A DNA stretch of 36,250 nt, taken from Gemmatimonadales bacterium. Its GTDB lineage: Bacteria > Gemmatimonadota > Gemmatimonadetes > Gemmatimonadales > GWC2-71-9. The position numbers were made by a program, and so were the translations under genes. The notes under the pieces are model-generated. The model searched no databases and had not been told where the DNA came from. It saw only the letters and a list, made by a program, of their open reading frames with translations. This document shows positions 10,601 through 19,612 of the stretch, piece after piece (position 1 is the first letter of the stretch; every line of letters starts with the position of its first letter). The stretch is taken from positions 1-36,250 of the forward strand of contig JBFGJG010000045.1 of assembly GCA_041577295.1 (NCBI GenBank), read 5' to 3'.

Positions 10601-11165
10601 AATCTTCGGGACCCGTACCACCGCGACCTTGGGCACATGGAGCGAACACCAGGTGGCGGCCGCCGTGGTGGTGACTGCCATCAAGCGCCGCATCAGCCGA
10701 AAAACAGGAGCCGAGTATGCCCGGCTCACGCTCGAGGACTTTCACGGAACCGCGGAAGCCCTGGTGTTCCCCGAGACGTGGAGCAAACTTTCGGATGTCA
10801 TCGTCCCGGACGGCGCCATGCTGCTCTCTGGCGGTTACAGCGCCCGCGACCGTGGCGAGGACCGGGCGCCGTTCATTGTGGAGTCCGCGCAGGCGCTGGC
10901 AGACTTGCGGACGTCCGGTGCAGTGGGGGTGGCGGTGGGGTGGTCATCGGAAAGCGCGCCGGATCCAGACCAGGCGCGCGCGTTCAGCGCACTGTGCGCG
11001 GCGAACCCCGGCCCCGCTCCGCTGTTCGTCGAGTGGAGCGATGGCAACGGGACAACCACACGGTTACGGTCACGAGCGTGCCGGGTGTCGTTGGACGATC
11101 GCTTTCTCACCGCGGTCCGTGAGTTGTTAGGGAGCGACCGCGTTCGGCTCGTGAAAGCCCGCTGA
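7677..11165 (+). CDS. dnaE: DNA polymerase III subunit alpha
   Basis: PHP motifs [17 protein letters not shown] and [16 protein letters not shown]; catalytic [23 protein letters not shown]. Normal length (1162 aa), no intein. Confidence 0.98.
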   Translation: MAFAHLHTHSEYSLLDGAIRIPDLLECVARQGMDSLALTDHGNLYAAVTFYEHAKAAKIRPILGFEAYLAFGSRHQRERPSNAPAQYSHLVLLARNRTGYHNLIKLSSIGYLEGYYRRPRIDKEVLARHADGVICLAACLSGEISLYLRQQNYEAARSAAEWFARTFGPDGFWLEVQDHGIPDEKIVQKGMFALADDLGLPIVATNDAHYLQRADHEAHDCLLAIGTGRDLDDPNRFRFFGQESYVKSEAEMAKLFPDRPDVLQNTQRVADLCEFDFEKRYFLPEFPLPEGYASDNDLLVELTTKGATGHYGEPLPSHVQERLDYELGVITKTGYAGYFLIVQDFIQAARARGIPVGPGRGSAAGSLVAYSLGITGVDPLQFDLLFERFLNPERISMPDIDVDFCFERRNEVIDYVRERYGADSVGQIITFGTLKARAALRDIARVLGVSPSEVDRLAKLIPSGPGYALSLAQAVEKVAELKQLAEDNHTVNRLVDLAQRIEGLARHASVHAAGVVIAPGPLMDYVPVCTPPQRNGGTGDGTDAIITQFDMIGLEKVGMLKMDFLGLKTLTVIHDALAMIRERHGQEIDLDTLDLEDPTVYELLRDGRTAGIFQFESPLGTDMLRQLRCDRFDDLVATNALVRPGPLDSGMHLVYIRRKRGEEKVRYPHRDLAEVLEPTYGVIIYQEQLMRIANVLAGYSLAEADVLRKAVGKKDQELIESELGRFVERCVERGHQRSTIVDIAAQIRTFGRYGFNKSHSVAYSILSFQTAWLKGHYPAEFMAALLSSEIGDTDKVVVYIAEAREMGIEVLPPSANESGWKFTVTGDHQIRFGLGAVRNVGRGAIESIIAAREAEGPYESLYDFCERVDLRLCNKRVVESLIAAGALDQAGGHRAQLLAGLDAALGEAQLRQAERDAGQASLFGESPAGDEHRAAGPSLPDVPPWSEAERLAREKAVVGFFISGHPLERYREEAQIFGTRTTATLGTWSEHQVAAAVVVTAIKRRISRKTGAEYARLTLEDFHGTAEALVFPETWSKLSDVIVPDGAMLLSGGYSARDRGEDRAPFIVESAQALADLRTSGAVGVAVGWSSESAPDPDQARAFSALCAANPGPAPLFVEWSDGNGTTTRLRSRACRVSLDDRFLTAVRELLGSDRVRLVKAR

Positions 11166-11173
11166 GGGGAGAC

Positions 11174-12136
11174 GTGACAACGGTTTTCAACCTCGAATTC
11201 GAGAAGCCGATCGTCGAGCTGGAACAGCAGATCGCCCACCTCAAGCAGTTGGCGGCGGAGCGGCAGCTGGAGGTACGCGGCGAAATTCTTCCACTCGAGA
11301 CCAAATTGGTCGAGCTACGGCGTGAGATCTACGAAAGCCTGACGCCCATGCAGCGCGTCCAGGTGGCCCGCCACCCCCGACGACCCTACACGCTCGACTA
11401 CCTGTGCACGGTCTTCACCGACTTCATCGAGCTCCGCGGCGATCGCCTGTATCGCGACGACCCGGCAATCGTCGGCGGGTGGGCGCGTCTGGATGACCGC
11501 CCCACCGTCGTAATCGGACACCAAAAAGGGCGCGACACCAAGGAGAATCTCCGCCGCAACTTTGGCATGCCGCATCCCGAGGGATACCGCAAGGCCCTTC
11601 GGCTCATGCGAATGGCCGAGAGATTCCGGGCGCCCATTATTACATTGATCGATACCCCGGGCGCCTACCCGGGGCTTGGAGCGGAAGAACGCGGACAGGC
11701 AGAGGCCATCGCCCGCAACCTCGAGGAGATGGCTGCGCTACGGACGCCGATCATCGTGGCAGTCGTCGGCGAAGGAGGCTCCGGCGGCGCGCTCGCATTG
11801 GGCCTGGGTGATCGCATCCTCATGCTCGAGAACGCGATCTACTCCGTGATCTCTCCGGAAGGGTGCGCGGCGATCCTGTGGAAGGACGCCACGCAAAAGG
11901 AGCGCGCCGCAGAGGCGCTCCGACTGACTGCGCAGGATTTGCACGATCTCGGCGTCATCGATGAGATCGTGGCGGAGCCACCCGGTGGCGCACACGCCGA
12001 CCCTGAGGGCACGGCAGACGCGCTGCACGCTGCCTTGGCTATGCACCTGCGCGACCTCGAGAAGGTGAAGCCCGACAAACTGGTCGAGCGTCGCCTGGAG
12101 AAGTTTCGCAACATGGGAAAATTCGCTGAGGGTTGA
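11174..12136 (+). CDS. accA: Acetyl-CoA carboxylase carboxyltransferase subunit alpha
   Basis: Motifs [37 protein letters not shown] and [14 protein letters not shown]. Confidence 0.98.
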   Translation: MTTVFNLEFEKPIVELEQQIAHLKQLAAERQLEVRGEILPLETKLVELRREIYESLTPMQRVQVARHPRRPYTLDYLCTVFTDFIELRGDRLYRDDPAIVGGWARLDDRPTVVIGHQKGRDTKENLRRNFGMPHPEGYRKALRLMRMAERFRAPIITLIDTPGAYPGLGAEERGQAEAIARNLEEMAALRTPIIVAVVGEGGSGGALALGLGDRILMLENAIYSVISPEGCAAILWKDATQKERAAEALRLTAQDLHDLGVIDEIVAEPPGGAHADPEGTADALHAALAMHLRDLEKVKPDKLVERRLEKFRNMGKFAEG

Positions 12137-13203
12137 CCTTGCCCGAACTGGTCGAAGTCCGGTTCAAGGGCAATCGCAAAGAATACTACACGTGGGAGAA
12201 TGACAATCCGCTCGCCGTAGGCGATCCAGTCATCGTAGAAGTCGAACGTGGCCAAGACTTGGGTCACGTCTCGGCCGTCGGCGCCGTTGCGGAACGGAAG
12301 TGTGGTATCGGTTGTAACGGGTGCGCCCTTGCCAAGCCGAAGGACTCCTCCGGCAAGGTTATTCGTGCGGCCTCCGCTGACGAAACCCACCTGACAGACG
12401 AGCTTCGCAAAACGGAGAAAGACGTCCGCCGCAAGGTGATGGAGCGTGTGCAGTCGCACAAACTCCCGATGAAGATCTCGGACGCCGAGTGGCAGTGGGA
12501 TCGGAAAAAACTCACCGTGTACTTCACAGCGGACCGCCGCGTCGACTTTCGCGCACTGGTGCGCGACCTGGCGAGCCTGTTCCGCACTCGCATCGAGTTG
12601 CGGCAGATCGGCGCACGGGATGAAGCAAAGCGACTAGACGGCGTGGGGCGGTGCGGACGACAATACTGCTGTTCCTCGTGGCTCCCCGAGCTCAGACCGG
12701 TGAGCCTCTCACTGGCGAAGGACCAGCGGCTCTCACTCAACCCATCGCAGATTTCTGGCGGGTGTGGCCGGCTACTGTGTTGCCTACGGTACGAACACGA
12801 TTTCTACGTGTCGAGCCGCAAGCGGTTTCCCAAAGAGGGGAAATCGGTTCGCACCGCGCGCGGAACCGAAAAAGTCGAGGCAGTCAACATCTTTCGCGAG
12901 CTCGTGTATCTCAAAGCCGAGGACGGCTCGACACGAAGTGTCGTCCTCGCTGAGCTCAAGCAGGAGGTCAAGACCAGAGAACCCGCCGCACCACCGTCAA
13001 AGGCTCCTGCACCACCGGCCGGATTGGTCTCGTTCGACGAGTCGACTCCACCCACCACCACCGCGGAGTTTGCGGCTGCCGTGAGCCCCGGCCGGCAGAA
13101 GCGCAAGCGCCGCCGGCGCAGACGCTCTCGCAAGCGACGTTCTGACGGCACGTCGCAGCAACAGGATCAAAAGGAGAACGAGAAAGAACCTCGTGACGAG
13201 TAA
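12133..13203 (+). CDS. ricT: PSP1 domain / RicT (YaaT) family protein
   Basis: Motifs [46 protein letters not shown] and [17 protein letters not shown] start overlaps the accA stop. Confidence 0.9.
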   Translation: MTLPELVEVRFKGNRKEYYTWENDNPLAVGDPVIVEVERGQDLGHVSAVGAVAERKCGIGCNGCALAKPKDSSGKVIRAASADETHLTDELRKTEKDVRRKVMERVQSHKLPMKISDAEWQWDRKKLTVYFTADRRVDFRALVRDLASLFRTRIELRQIGARDEAKRLDGVGRCGRQYCCSSWLPELRPVSLSLAKDQRLSLNPSQISGGCGRLLCCLRYEHDFYVSSRKRFPKEGKSVRTARGTEKVEAVNIFRELVYLKAEDGSTRSVVLAELKQEVKTREPAAPPSKAPAPPAGLVSFDESTPPTTTAEFAAAVSPGRQKRKRRRRRRSRKRRSDGTSQQQDQKENEKEPRDE

Positions 13204-14716
13204 GTTCTACATCACGACGGCGATCGACTACTCGAGCGGCGCGCCGCACGTCGGCCACGCGTACGAGAAGCTGGGCGCCGACTCCGTGGCACGGTACCGC
13301 CGCCTCCGCGGTGACCAGGTACACTTTTGCATCGGCATGGACGAGCACGGCCAAAAGGTCGCGCAGTCTGCGGAGACCGCAGGTGTGGAGCCAACCGCAT
13401 GGGTGGAGAGCATCGCGGAAAAGTTTCGCTCGGCGTGGTCCGCGCTCTCGATCAGCAATACGGACTTCATCCGGACCACGGAAGAACGTCACCACCGTTC
13501 CGTCAACGAGCTCGTGCGCCGCATTCAGGAGGCTGGCTTCATCAAAGACGGTGTGTACGCCGGGTACTACTGTGTTGGGTGCGAGGCGTTCAAGCTCGAT
13601 AAAGACCTCGACGAAACCGGCCAATGCCCCATCCACCCCACACGCAAGGTGAAGTGGGTGGAGGAGCCCAACCTGTTCTTCGAATTGGGACGCTTCAAAC
13701 GCCCGCTCTTGACGCACTACGAGCGGCACCCCGAGTTCGTCCAGCCCGTGGCAAAGCTCAACGAAGTCTCGAACGTGGTCGCAGGATGGACCGAAGATCA
13801 AACGCTCTCGGTGAGTCGCGCGCGGGTTCCGTGGGGCATTCCGTGGCCGGGTGATCCTACCCACACGGTATACGTCTGGTTCGACGCGCTCATCAATTAC
13901 CTCTCAGCCACCGGGTTTCCCGACGACGGCTACGAGGCGATCTGGCCAGCCGATGTACATGTCATCGGACCCGACATCGTGCGGTTTCACGCCGCCATCT
14001 GGCCGGCCATGCTGCTTGCGGCCGGTGTGGAGCTGCCCGGGCAGGTCTGGTGTCACGGGTGGGTGCGCACGGAGGGCGGGCGGTTTTCTCAGTCGGCCGG
14101 GACGCCGGTGCAGCTCCAAGAGGCGATCGACCGGCACGGCGCCGACCCGCTTCGGTACTTCCTCCTGCGCGAAGTCCCCTGGCACTCGGATGGCGCGTTC
14201 ACCTGGGAGCGGTTCGACGCGCGCTACACCGCCGACCTTGCGGACGGCTACGGGAACCTGTTGAGCCGGGTGTTGGCCATGATCGGGCGCTACCTGGACG
14301 GCGTCGTTCCCGAGGCGGGCGAGTCTACCCCGCTCGACCGCGCCGGCGAGGAGGCGATTGGCGCCTATAAGGCAGCGATGGATGCACAGCTGCTGCACGA
14401 CGGCGCGGCGGTTGCCTGGCAGCTCGTCAGCAGGGCCAACGGCTACGTCGAGCAAACGGCACCGTGGCAGCTCGCAAAAGACAAAAACCGACCGGAGCTC
14501 GAGCGCACGTTGGCGAGTTTGGCGCGAGCGCTCATACGAATCAGCGTGATGGCAACGCCGTTTCTCCCGAACAAAAGCCGAATTGCCTTGAACGCTTTTG
14601 GCATTCCGGAAACCGAGGCGCCGACGTGGCAGCTCCTTGCGCAGCCACACGTTACGGGTGCTCGAGTGGCTAAGCCGCCACCCCTGTTTCCCAAGGACGA
14701 TCGCCGGGCCGCTTGA
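13193..14716 (+). CDS. metG: Methionine--tRNA ligase, short form without C-terminal tRNA-binding domain
   Basis: FYITTAIDY..G.PHVGH (HIGH), GMDEHGQK, zinc knuckle YCVGCEAF...CPIH, YVWFDALINY and anticodon-domain APWQLAK. KMSKS equivalent reads RFSQS. Confidence 0.95.
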   Translation: MTSKFYITTAIDYSSGAPHVGHAYEKLGADSVARYRRLRGDQVHFCIGMDEHGQKVAQSAETAGVEPTAWVESIAEKFRSAWSALSISNTDFIRTTEERHHRSVNELVRRIQEAGFIKDGVYAGYYCVGCEAFKLDKDLDETGQCPIHPTRKVKWVEEPNLFFELGRFKRPLLTHYERHPEFVQPVAKLNEVSNVVAGWTEDQTLSVSRARVPWGIPWPGDPTHTVYVWFDALINYLSATGFPDDGYEAIWPADVHVIGPDIVRFHAAIWPAMLLAAGVELPGQVWCHGWVRTEGGRFSQSAGTPVQLQEAIDRHGADPLRYFLLREVPWHSDGAFTWERFDARYTADLADGYGNLLSRVLAMIGRYLDGVVPEAGESTPLDRAGEEAIGAYKAAMDAQLLHDGAAVAWQLVSRANGYVEQTAPWQLAKDKNRPELERTLASLARALIRISVMATPFLPNKSRIALNAFGIPETEAPTWQLLAQPHVTGARVAKPPPLFPKDDRRAA

Positions 14717-14753
14717 CTGTGATAAAGCTCACCGGTCCGTCGGGCATAAGTGG

Positions 14754-14783
14754 TTGACACCGCCTGACCTGGCGGTCTAGTTT
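14754..14783 (+). promoter_or_regulatory. Sigma70-type promoter for M23 peptidase gene with palindromic spacer
   Basis: TTGACA (14754-14759), 18-nt spacer, TAGTTT (14778-14783). ACCGCC-N6-GGCGGT spans 14759-14776. Confidence 0.6.
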
Positions 14784-14912
14784 TTCAGCCGCCGTAGGCT
14801 CGCCAGGGATGCGCCCTCCACCCAGGTGAGTTCTCGCCGAACGCTCGCGTCGCAAAAAGCGAGTTACAAACGTTGCGCTCCACCCTCCAAGCGATCTTGG
14901 GGAGCAAGTCCG

Positions 14913-15842
14913 ATGGCAGAACAGCGATGGACTGTAGTGGTGGTACCACATGGGTCAGGCGGTTCGCGGACCCTGCAGTTGTCGCGTCGTGCATTGAAAA
15001 TCGTTGCCAGTGGTATCGGCGTCCTCACGCTCGCCACGGTGGTTCTCGGTTTTACGATCGTTTCCAAATCGGTTGACCTCACCCGGCTCGAGCGTCTCGA
15101 GCGTCGTAACCAAGCACTCGTCGAAGAGATCTCCCGCGCCCAACAGAACCTCGCCGTCCTACAAGACACCATCGCCGCAATCTCGAACCGAGACCAGCAG
15201 ATCCGCCTCCTGGCGGGGCTGGACCCAATCGATCCTGACGTGCAGCAGGCCGGTATCGGTGGGCCCATCGGTCCGAGCAGCGAGCGTGAGCTGCTGCTGG
15301 GTGAGACCGCGGAAGGACAGCGGGCGCTGCAGCTGGGCATGGAGCTCTCGTCACTGCTGCGACGGGCCAACCTCGTCGCCGCCTCGTTCGACGTGGTGGT
15401 CGACAGCTTACAGACGCACAAGTCCCGCCTCGAGCGGACACCGTCCATCATGCCCACCATGGGGTGGCTCACCAGCCGATTCACGCGTGAGCGCTTCCAT
15501 CCCATCCATCACGAGGCTCGGCCGCATCAGGGGATCGACGTGGCCGCTCCCATCGGCACGCCAATCGTGGCACCAGCGGATGGGCGCGTGATCGACGTGA
15601 GCACCAACGGTGGCTACGGCAAGATGCTCACGGTGGATCACGGGAACGGGGTGGTCACCCGCTACGCGCACTGCTCCAAGATCCTGGTCAAGGTTGGGCA
15701 GCGCGTGCGGCGTAACGAGAAGATCGCCCTCGTGGGCAAGACCGGACTGGCAACCGCACCGCACCTCCACTACGAAGTGATCCGCAGCGGGCGCTTCGTC
15801 GATCCCTGGACCTTCATCCTCCCGGACATCATCGTCGATTGA
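14913..15842 (+). CDS. M23 family metallo-endopeptidase with N-terminal TM and coiled coil (309 aa)
   Basis: HQGID (HxxxD), YAH and PHLHYEV (HxH). GGGGAG RBS before ATG 14913. Confidence 0.93.
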   Translation: MAEQRWTVVVVPHGSGGSRTLQLSRRALKIVASGIGVLTLATVVLGFTIVSKSVDLTRLERLERRNQALVEEISRAQQNLAVLQDTIAAISNRDQQIRLLAGLDPIDPDVQQAGIGGPIGPSSERELLLGETAEGQRALQLGMELSSLLRRANLVAASFDVVVDSLQTHKSRLERTPSIMPTMGWLTSRFTRERFHPIHHEARPHQGIDVAAPIGTPIVAPADGRVIDVSTNGGYGKMLTVDHGNGVVTRYAHCSKILVKVGQRVRRNEKIALVGKTGLATAPHLHYEVIRSGRFVDPWTFILPDIIVD

Positions 15843-15873
15843 TTGTGGTGCGCAGGCGAGCACTGGGTTTCCT

Positions 15874-15903
15874 GCTCCCCGCTCGATGGCGGGGAGCTTT
15901 TTT
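15874..15903 (+). terminator. Intrinsic terminator after the M23 gene
   Basis: Perfect 9-bp stem GCTCCCCGC-tcgatg-GCGGGGAGC followed by TTTTTT. Confidence 0.9.
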
Positions 15904-15928
15904 CGGGTTTGGGCGGGACTGGCGGAAT

Positions 15929-16687
15929 GTGATTCGGTCGTTGCCACCTCTGACGTTGTTACTTCTGTCGATTGCGTGCACCCGTACCGAGCAGCCCGTG
16001 GAGTTCTCGGCGGCGTTGGAGCATGGACATCCTGCTACTGACCTCGAGATTCTGGTCCTGCCATTTGACGCGGCGGCGTTGCTGGATTCGCTCGAGCGTA
16101 CAGCGCAAGTTCCCAAACCGGACTTCTCCAAGCTGGAAGCCGAGCTAGAGGCGTATGTGGCCCCGGATGACAGCGCGCTGGAAGCGGCCGCCGAGCCGTG
16201 GCGTCTGCTCCGGGACAGCCTCACCGTCCTGGTGGATTCCCTGAACGACTTGGGCCGCAGGTCCGCCGCGTACTCACGGCTGTTTCGACAGTTCCGCGAG
16301 ATGCAGCCGCGGCTGGCTCCGCTCGCGGCGCGGCGGGACAGTCTGGTCGGTGGTATCATTAGCACGCGACAGGAGTTGGCGGAGCGAGCAACGCTGGCTG
16401 CGGAGTCGCTCCGTGCGTGGGAGGATGTGGCGCATGCCCCGTCCGAGGAGCTCGCCCAAGCCGCGCTGAAGCAAACCGGCCGGGATGCAGACAGCCTGGT
16501 CACAGATAGCACGGGCGCCGCTCACACCCAGCTCGCCCCGGGCCGTTGGTGGGCGATTGCGCGTGTGCCTGATCCCGAGAATCCATTCCTTGAGTATGTG
16601 TGGAACGTGGAGTTCACGGTCTCTGGATGGATGCCGCTCCGAATCCCACTCAGTACAAAGAACGGCACCCGCCGGTGGCGGCATTGA
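15929..16687 (+). CDS. Hypothetical lipoprotein with long helical/coiled-coil middle (252 aa)
   Basis: GTG 15929 lies just after the terminator and gives the signal MIRSLPPLTLLLLSIAC (lipobox). The ORF-track start lies upstream of the terminator. Confidence 0.7.
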   Translation: MIRSLPPLTLLLLSIACTRTEQPVEFSAALEHGHPATDLEILVLPFDAAALLDSLERTAQVPKPDFSKLEAELEAYVAPDDSALEAAAEPWRLLRDSLTVLVDSLNDLGRRSAAYSRLFRQFREMQPRLAPLAARRDSLVGGIISTRQELAERATLAAESLRAWEDVAHAPSEELAQAALKQTGRDADSLVTDSTGAAHTQLAPGRWWAIARVPDPENPFLEYVWNVEFTVSGWMPLRIPLSTKNGTRRWRH

Positions 16688-16732
16688 GCCGATGGTGACT
16701 CGGAGGCTGGAACCGTCTAGCCTCCGGTTTGT

Positions 16733-16741
16733 TGGTATATT
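16733..16741 (+). promoter_or_regulatory. Extended -10 promoter for the DsbA-like gene
   Basis: TG-G-TATATT about 30 nt upstream of GTG 16772. No clear -35. Confidence 0.45.
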
Positions 16742-16771
16742 GGGAAGTTCATTCACTTGGCCGGAGGTGGT

Positions 16772-17503
16772 GTGCAGAACCCGAAGTTGATTGGTGTGTT
16801 GATCGTTGGCGTCGTCGCGGGGGCGGGTGTGTCGCTGGCGGTTGCCTCACGTGGTGGTGACGAGGGATCAGATGTCGAGGCCACTGCCGCCGAGACCACG
16901 ACCCAACCCGCGAGTCAGGATAGCGGTCCTCCGCGCAACATCACGCAGCAAGATCTCCTGCTTGATGCGCGCACCAAAGGATCGCCTTCGGCACCCATCA
17001 CTATCTACGAGGCGAGTGACTTCCAGTGCCCGTACTGCCGGCAGTTTTGGGAAACGACCCTTCCTGAGATCGAGCGTGACTACATTCGCACCGGCAAGGT
17101 CCGATTCATCTTTTTGAACCTCCCGCTTACGCAGATCCATAGTAACGCCGCTGCTGCACATGAGTTGGCGATGTGCGCCGCACAGCAGGAAAAGTTTTGG
17201 CCCGTCCACGACTTGCTCTACCGCTACCAGCAACAGTGGGCGCGTCTTGAAAACCCGTCTCTCTTTCTCATCGCCCTCGGTGACTCGGCGCGGTTGAGTC
17301 GAGACGCATTAAAGCAGTGCTTCGACTCGGGGAGCGTACGCTGGCTGATTCAGGCTGAGGCGGAGATGAACTTCCGCGCCGGCGTGCGGAGCACGCCATC
17401 GTTTATCATTGAGGGTGCGTTGCTGGGTGGCGCAGCCGAGATGGATGTCTGGCGGCCCATTCTCGACTCGATTTACGCAGAGAAAACAAAGCCCGGTAGC
17501 TAA
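16772..17503 (+). CDS. DsbA/BdbD-like thioredoxin-fold protein (243 aa)
   Basis: SDFQCPYC active site, GVRSTPSF cis-Pro loop, N-terminal TM. GGAGG precedes GTG 16772. Confidence 0.9.
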   Translation: MQNPKLIGVLIVGVVAGAGVSLAVASRGGDEGSDVEATAAETTTQPASQDSGPPRNITQQDLLLDARTKGSPSAPITIYEASDFQCPYCRQFWETTLPEIERDYIRTGKVRFIFLNLPLTQIHSNAAAAHELAMCAAQQEKFWPVHDLLYRYQQQWARLENPSLFLIALGDSARLSRDALKQCFDSGSVRWLIQAEAEMNFRAGVRSTPSFIIEGALLGGAAEMDVWRPILDSIYAEKTKPGS

Positions 17504-17540
17504 TTGCCTGTCCCGCCCATCCCGCTAATTCTGCCTCTAC

Positions 17541-18278
17541 TCATCCCGCCAATATCGTCAGCCCCACATCGTACAGCGCGTGCGTCCACGCGGTGATTCC
17601 GAAGCCCCGGAATACATACAGACCGCTCAGTAACAGTCCGGCAATGGAGCGAAATGTGAACGATGCCAGCGTGTAGGTGTCGCCGAGGGGTCCTATATAA
17701 TGAAATCCGCTGAAGATCAAAGCACTCAGCACGACGGCGACCCCAATCGCCACTTCTTTCTTCCACCCCAATCGCAGGCCTATCCACGCCAGGCCGGAAA
17801 CCAGCAACACGCGGAACAGCAGCTCCTCGTAGATACCAGCACCCAGTGACACGACCAGTTGCGTGACGAGCGGGAGTTCCATCAGCGGTGCTTGGAACAC
17901 GATGGTGAGCGATCCGGTGAGCAGCCAGCTCGTGAGCATCGAGACCACTTCACCGAAGACCGCTGCGTAGAGTAGGCTTTCACCGAACATGCCGAGGAAC
18001 ACTTTGCCGGAGAGACGTCCGCCGCGGCGTCGTTGATCTTGCCACACCACCCAGGCGCCGACACCAAACAACACCAGACCAAAACCGAGCAGCCCCCAAC
18101 GTCCGCCGAGCGAAACGAACAGAGTTTTTAGCAACACGTCGGCGCCGTTTCGTACGCCTGCAAACGCCGAGTGGGAGATCAACGCCGCGAGCCCCTCGTA
18201 GAGCAGGAGGAGCGGTGCAGCAAACAGGATGGTGTAGCGCAGCTCGCGGCTGCGAGCGAAATAACTCTGTAGCGTCAT
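17541..18278 (-). CDS. CPBP family (CAAX/Abi) intramembrane glutamic endopeptidase
   Basis: Multi-TM protein with YEELLFR, FSGFHY and HALYD motifs. Confidence 0.9.
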   Translation of the reverse strand: MTLQSYFARSRELRYTILFAAPLLLLYEGLAALISHSAFAGVRNGADVLLKTLFVSLGGRWGLLGFGLVLFGVGAWVVWQDQRRRGGRLSGKVFLGMFGESLLYAAVFGEVVSMLTSWLLTGSLTIVFQAPLMELPLVTQLVVSLGAGIYEELLFRVLLVSGLAWIGLRLGWKKEVAIGVAVVLSALIFSGFHYIGPLGDTYTLASFTFRSIAGLLLSGLYVFRGFGITAWTHALYDVGLTILAG

Positions 18279-18304
18279 CGCTCGAAACCTAGCACATTCG
18301 CGTC

Positions 18305-19594
18305 ATGCCTAACCTTGGATATCGTGTGGCAACGCAGGTAGTTCACAGGATTCCGTTACGTGCAGGAAAGCTTGGGCGGAGCCTCGACGGCCGCCGTGGT
18401 GCTGCGCAACGTTGGACGGCCTGGGCGGCGCGCGCCAGACCCACCCACCCGGTGGTGTGGGTGCACGCCGCATCGGTCGGCGAGGCGCATGCCGCAGCCC
18501 CAGTGATCGCGCGCATTCGCGGTGCGTATCGAAATGGAACCGTGATCCTCACGGCGTCCTCGCCGGCACTGGCGGGTTGGCCGGACACATTTGGCACCCA
18601 AGCGTGCGACTTCGTACCGGTCGACGCTCCCGCCACGGTCCGGCAGACGCTCGACGCGCTTAAACCGGATCTCCTGGTGTTCTCGCGGGGCGATCTTTGG
18701 CCGGAGCTCGTGGCCCAGGCTCACGATCGCGGTATTCCGATCGCCGTTATCGGTGCGGTCGTGCGGCCCACGAGCCGCAAGCTTGGCTGGGCGTCCCGCC
18801 GGTTCTTTACCGCAACCGGAAGACGCGTCGACTGGCTAGGGGCGGTCTCGGAGGCGGATGCCGCCAGGTGGCAGGCGTTGGGCATCCCGGCCGATGCCAT
18901 CATTATTACCGGCGATCCGCGCCACGATGCCGTGATCGAGCGCACCACGCGGCTCCATCCGATCCGCTCACTGGCTCACTGGGCGGAGGGGCACCCCGTG
19001 CTCGTCGCGGGAAGTGTTGAGCAGTCAGACGAACCGGCATTGTTGGCAGCGCTGTCACGGCTTTGCCAGTTGCGCAACGAAACCCGCGTCCTCCTCGTGC
19101 CACACGGGACCGAGCGAGCTGAGCTGGAGCGACTGTATCGCGGACTGCTCGAAGCGGGCATCCAAGCGTCGGTGTGGACCACTGACACGACTTCCCCTAC
19201 CACGAGGTGTGTCATCGTGGGCGCACTCGGCCTCCTGTTCGATCTCTATGTGCTGGCAGACATCGCCTACGTGGGCGGTGGATTCCGACCGCGCGGCCTG
19301 CACGGGGTCATCGAGCCGGCTGCCTATGGTGTGCCGGTCGTGTTTGGTCCACATTGGAGCGAGTTCGCGGACGCGCGGGCACTGATCGCAAGCGGCGGCG
19401 CAATCGCCCTTCCTGCGCGAGCTCCAGTTCCAATGTTGGTGGACACGTGCGAGCGTTGGTTCGCCCAGGGTTTCGCTCGTACTGAAGCAGGCCTCGCTGC
19501 CCGACGGGTGTTGCAGGAGGGGGCCGCTGATCGAACGGCGGCCGCGTTGCTCGCGTTGACGGCGAAAGCACAGGAGCAGCTCGAACACTTTTAG
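18305..19594 (+). CDS. waaA: 3-deoxy-D-manno-octulosonic acid (Kdo) transferase
   Basis: Motifs VWVHAASVGE, DLWPEL, TGDPRHD, ADIAYVGGGF and HGVIEPAAYGVPVVFGP. Confidence 0.88.
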   Translation: MPNLGYRVATQVVHRIPLRAGKLGRSLDGRRGAAQRWTAWAARARPTHPVVWVHAASVGEAHAAAPVIARIRGAYRNGTVILTASSPALAGWPDTFGTQACDFVPVDAPATVRQTLDALKPDLLVFSRGDLWPELVAQAHDRGIPIAVIGAVVRPTSRKLGWASRRFFTATGRRVDWLGAVSEADAARWQALGIPADAIIITGDPRHDAVIERTTRLHPIRSLAHWAEGHPVLVAGSVEQSDEPALLAALSRLCQLRNETRVLLVPHGTERAELERLYRGLLEAGIQASVWTTDTTSPTTRCVIVGALGLLFDLYVLADIAYVGGGFRPRGLHGVIEPAAYGVPVVFGPHWSEFADARALIASGGAIALPARAPVPMLVDTCERWFAQGFARTEAGLAARRVLQEGAADRTAAALLALTAKAQEQLEHF

Positions 19595-19612
19595 CAGGTG
19601 CAGGAGGTCGGT

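Noticed and set aside
7677..11165. Intein or split in dnaE
   Set aside because: Normal length with continuous motifs; no intein splice-junction or LAGLIDADG signatures.
14788..14912. c-di-AMP (ydaO) riboswitch or T-box call for the leader
   Set aside because: The conserved sequence blocks of these families were not found by eye, and the leader is downstream of metG rather than upstream.
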